DNA of 10,767 nucleotides, from positions 1 through 10,767 of the forward strand of contig NW_021827108.1 of NCBI RefSeq assembly GCF_006345805.1, given 5' to 3'. The first letter of the stretch is position 1; every line of letters begins with the position of its first letter. Shown one piece after another: positions 7,070-10,767 of the stretch. A model generated the notes under the pieces. The model was not told the DNA's origin. It did no database searches and saw nothing but the letters and a program-made list of their open reading frames with translations. Made by a program: the position numbers and the translations under genes. Source of the stretch: Octopus sinensis. Taxonomy: Eukaryota.

Positions 7070-7234
7070 TGCGTTTCTCTCGCAGTACCGCTTGACAATC
7101 GATGTTGATGTGTTTACCTTGCCGTAATTTAGCGTTTCGGCAAAAAGATCGATAGAATAAGTACCAGGCTTACAAAGAATAGGTACTTGAAGAAATATGG
7201 CCGCCGCTGTCTAAAGACTGAAACAAGCAAAAGA
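7036..7234 (+). mobile_element. 3' half of a degenerate family A SINE, starting at its (GT)n
   Basis: gcttgacaatcgatg...tttcggcaaaaagatcgatagaataagtacc...gactgaaacaagcaaaaga. Confidence 0.8.
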
Positions 7235-7240
7235 CTATTA

Positions 7241-7648
7241 CTCTTTTCTTTACTTGTTTCAGTCATTTGACTGCGGCCATGTTGGAGCACCGCCTTTTAG
7301 TCGAGCAAATCGACCCCGGGACTTATTCTTTTGTAAGCCCAGTACTTATTCTATCGGTCTCTTTTGCCGAACCGCTAAGTTACGGGGACGTAAACACACC
7401 AGCATCGGTTGTCAAGCAATGTTGTGGGGACAAACACAGACACACAAACACATACACACACATACATATATATACATATATACGACAGGCTTCTTTCAGT
7501 TTCCGTCTACCAAATCCACTCACAAGGCTTTGGTCGGCCCGAGGCTATAGTAGAAGACACTTGCCCAAGATTCCACGCAGTGGGACTGAACCCGGAACCA
7601 TGTGGTTGGTTAGCAAGCTACTTACCACACAGTCACTCCTGCGCCTAT
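7241..7648 (-). mobile_element. Full-length family A tRNA-derived SINE
   Basis: Collinear with, and highly similar to, 5922-6339. Confidence 0.9.
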
Positions 7649-7683
7649 GTACGATTTCTAAAACAATCTTGGTTTAGTTTATT

Positions 7684-7701
7684 GTGTGTGTGTGTGTGTG
7701 T

Positions 7702-7741
<40 letters not shown>
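7684..7741. repeat. (GT)n microsatellite
   Basis: Read directly from the sequence. Confidence 0.97.
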
Positions 7742-7749
7742 TTTGGCAT

Positions 7750-8000
7750 AAAGCTCCATAATTTGGAATGATCTGCAAATGGTTTAGCTGTTGGATTGCC
7801 ATCTTTTCTTTACTGACGAAGGTGCATTTACTTGGAGACTTGATCTGCTAAAATTAGCAACCTATGTTCCCCAAATCACATGCCGGCATGTTGTATTATG
7901 TAGCCTTGTCTACACCACGTCTTACCAAAATATACATTACTCATGGCTGGAACGCCTTTGATCGTGGGTCTGTTCAATCAGAGCTAACTCAGGGCTAAAC
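7750..8000 (+). mobile_element. Probable 3' part of a fourth SINE-like family, ending ...cagggctaaacaaca
   Basis: The tail catggctggaacgcctttgatcg...agggctaaacaac runs straight into (CAA)n. Family recognised from memory only. Confidence 0.45.
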
Positions 8001-8102
8001 AACAGCAACAACAGCAGTAACAACAATAGCAACAACAGCAGCAGCAGCAACAACAACACTAGCAACAACATTAATAGCAACAACAATAGCACCACCACCA
8101 CC

Positions 8103-8133
<31 letters not shown>

Positions 8134-8365
8134 TCAGCAGCAACAACATTTGCTATTTGCTTTTGAGCCAAATTAACTAACTAACTAACTAACAACAATA
8201 ATAGCAACAACAACAACAACAATAGCAACAACAACAACACAACAACACAACAACAGCAGCAGCAATAGCAACAACAACAACAACAACAGCAGCAGCAGCA
8301 ACAACAACAGCAACAAGAACAATAGCAACAACAACAACAACAGCAACAACAACAACAACAATAGC

Positions 8366-8396
<31 letters not shown>

Positions 8397-8503
8397 GCAA
8401 TAGCAACAACAACAACAGTAGCAGCAGCAGCAACAACAATAATAGCAACAAGAACAATAGCAACAACAACAACAGCAACAACAACAACAACACCAACAAC
8501 AGC

Positions 8504-8537
<34 letters not shown>

Positions 8538-8583
8538 GCAATAGCAACAACAACAACAGCAGCAATAGCAACAACAATTTAGC

Positions 8584-8614
<31 letters not shown>

Positions 8615-8645
8615 GCAACAATAGCAACAACAACCACAACAACAT
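7998..8645. repeat. Compound (CAA)n trinucleotide array with CAG/TAG/CAC variants and a short (TAAC)n spacer
   Basis: Read directly from the sequence. It accounts for the poly-L, poly-C and poly-V ORF artefacts. Confidence 0.97.
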
Positions 8646-8921
8646 ACCATTGACGATGTGATTTCTGATATTGTTTTCTTATCGATCTGCCATCAAAAGA
8701 CATTCGTGCATTTTATCGAATATTTCATTGTATATAACCCTCTCTTTGAATATTTAATCATTGTATTCGGTGTCTTAGAAGAAATCGAATTTCTTCATCG
8801 ATTACGATCGATCCATTATCCCAAGGAATCATATTCAACAAGTCTTGAACATGCTCGACGCTTCTTGATTGCAAACGAGCCGAACAGAATAGGAAATGCG
8901 AAAAGAAATTCCTCGATAAGA

Positions 8922-9050
8922 GCCAGCTTAAGATAAGGGACTTTGTTCTCTATCTCTTAAAATAAGGGTGAACAGCCTATATATCTCAAGATAAGGGGTT
9001 ATGGTCTATATATTTTAAGATAATGGGTATGGGAGCTCTTGGGAGATAAT
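8922..9050. repeat. Degenerate 29-bp minisatellite (about 4-5 units) containing AGATAA
   Basis: AGATAA or a variant at 8931, 8960, 8989, 9018 and 9044 (spacing 29, 29, 29, 26). Confidence 0.7.
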
Positions 9051-9146
9051 CTGTTCTGAAGAAACATTCAAAAATGTTCTTTCATTCGGAGAAAATGCGA
9101 AAGAAATATTGAGCCCCCTCCTGCAAATATACAGGTAATGAGCAGA

Positions 9147-9198
9147 ATATATATATATATATAATATATATATATATATAATATATATATATATATAT

Positions 9199-9240
<42 letters not shown>
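9147..9240. repeat. (TA)n microsatellite, interrupted
   Basis: Read directly from the sequence. Confidence 0.97.
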
Positions 9241-9242
<2 letters not shown>

Positions 9243-9264
9243 ACATACACATAAACAAATATAT

Positions 9265-9470
9265 CTTTTAGACCGCGGCCATGCTGGGGCACTGTCGTGA
9301 AGAACTTTTTAGTGGAATGAATCGACCCAAGTACTTATCTTGTACTTATTTTATCGAATTCTTTTGTCGAGCCACTAGGTTACGACGACGTAAACACACC
9401 AACACCAGTTGTCAAGCTGTGGTGTGGACAAACACAGATACAAAGACACACACACACATGTATATATATA
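9265..9470 (-). mobile_element. 3' half of an older family A-related SINE
   Basis: gcggccatgctggggcactg...gtaaacacaccaacaccagttgtcaagc...ggacaaacacaga; no head is present. Confidence 0.75.
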
Positions 9471-9479
9471 TATATATAT

Positions 9480-10040
9480 TGTTACGAGGGGACCTCCGTC
9501 GAATGAAAGCTGTTACGGAATCCCTCACACAGGCCCGCCCGATGCAGCGAATGTTTTCGCCACGGAAACTCGGAGAGGAGAGAGAGATACAACAACAACA
9601 GCAGCAGCAGCAGCACAGAGGCAATCGAGAGAGACACAAAGAGGCAATTGGCCACGTTTAACATTTAGTTTATATAACTATTACAATTGTTACAACATCA
9701 ATTACAGTTCAGATACATTTAAAAGATGACATGCAAGTAACAACTCAATACATCATACAGGTATACCACAGATCAAAGCATTTAAACTGTCCGGAGACAA
9801 CAGTTCTGTTTCAAAACACATTAAAGGCATATACAATGTTCGTAGACAAATAAGTTCACGTTACAAATCAATGTTCAATTCACAACAGTTCACATTGTTC
9901 ATTAAATTCCTTTTTAACAACTCTGTACACAATGTCTTTACACATTTCAATACATCGCTCTTTTCACTGTCTCATTTCTTTTCAACAGTCTCTTTGCATC
10001 GATTCTTTTTCCTTCTTTTTCTTCACATATCAATACACAA
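9480..10040. mobile_element. Possible LTR-like or unclassified insertion
   Basis: Starts with TGTTACG (repeated at 9512) and has a GC-rich end with a CAA/CAG run. No matching terminus with a TSD was found. Confidence 0.2.
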
Positions 10041-10050
10041 TTCACGTACC

Positions 10051-10388
10051 TTTGAATGCGACCATGCTGGAGCACCGCCTTTAGTCGAACAAATCGACCC
10101 CAGGACTTATTCTTTGTAAGCCTAGTACTTATTCTATCGGTTACTTTTGCCGAACCGCTAAGTTACGGGGACATAAACACACCAACATCGGTTGTCGAGT
10201 GATGGTGGAAGGACAAACACAGATACACAGATACATACACACATATACAACAGGCTTCTTTCAGTTTCCGTCTGCCAAATCCACTCACAAGGCTTTGGTC
10301 GGCCTGAGGCTATAGTAGAAGATACTTGCCCAAGGTGCCACGCAGTGGATATAACCTTCATATATTTGCGGATGGTTAACCATGTGGT
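10051..10388 (-). mobile_element. Family A SINE truncated at both ends, with its B-box replaced by an insertion
   Basis: Collinear with 7241-7648 up to cgcagtgg (10348), then about 29 unrelated nt, then aaccatgtggt (10378-10388). Confidence 0.85.
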
Positions 10389-10767
10389 CATATAATTATA
10401 AACAAATAGCTTGCAGATATTCAAGTATATTTAGATGGAAAGATATACATTAACTGAGAATCAATCCTAATTTTGTATCAACAGCTACTAAATAACAAAC
10501 ATAAAAACAAATATATAAAAACTACAGTAACAACAAAAAAAAGCTATTTTGTTTTGTGTTGTTTTTTGTATTTGTTGTTTTTTTTCATTTTGTATTTGTA
10601 CAGTTTTACGCATACATTTCTAATTTTTTCTTATATTTTTTTCTCATCAGCGATACCACTGTGTGAATAATCACTTTTCTTTTTTTCTTCGTTAAAACAA
10701 TTCTCTTCGAAGTTTACAGGATTCCATTTTCAATTGAAGAATTATGTAACGGAAAATGGCGTCTTGG

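Noticed and set aside
5830-7771. ORFs overlapping family A SINEs (e.g. 7267-7677, 7409-7771, 6100-6345)
   Set aside because: They recur in each SINE copy with different frameshifts, so they are non-coding repeat. Only 6640-6948 and the first ~18 aa of 6236-6580 are real RT remnants.
7814-7830. CTGACGA hammerhead core motif
   Set aside because: No stem II or GAAA follows it.
7937-8703. Long poly-Leu, poly-Cys and poly-Val ORFs
   Set aside because: They are antisense readings of the (CAA)n array, with no other coding signal.

Overview
AT-rich, repeat-dense eukaryotic DNA, not prokaryotic. The repeat families resemble octopod (Octopus-like) ones, but that is recognition from memory and needs a BLAST check. 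No intact protein-coding gene is supported, and most ORF-track entries are artefacts of microsatellites or SINEs. The window holds about 15 tRNA-derived SINE copies or fragments from at least 4 families, (TA)n/(GT)n/(CAA)n arrays, a decayed internal fragment of a Dong/R4-like non-LTR reverse transcriptase (6527-7034, minus), a 5'-truncated tRNA-Glu(TTC) (6348-6397, minus) and a possible chain of small spliced exons on the minus strand (1364-2456). The most notable signal lies at about 4.1-5.9 kb. There, several unrelated short elements sit between (TA)n tracts and carry minimal type I hammerhead ribozyme (HHR) motifs of the kind known from Penelope-like element pseudo-LTRs. One copy (5737-5858, minus) has an apparently intact catalytic core and an unusually long, structured stem II of about 97 nt.
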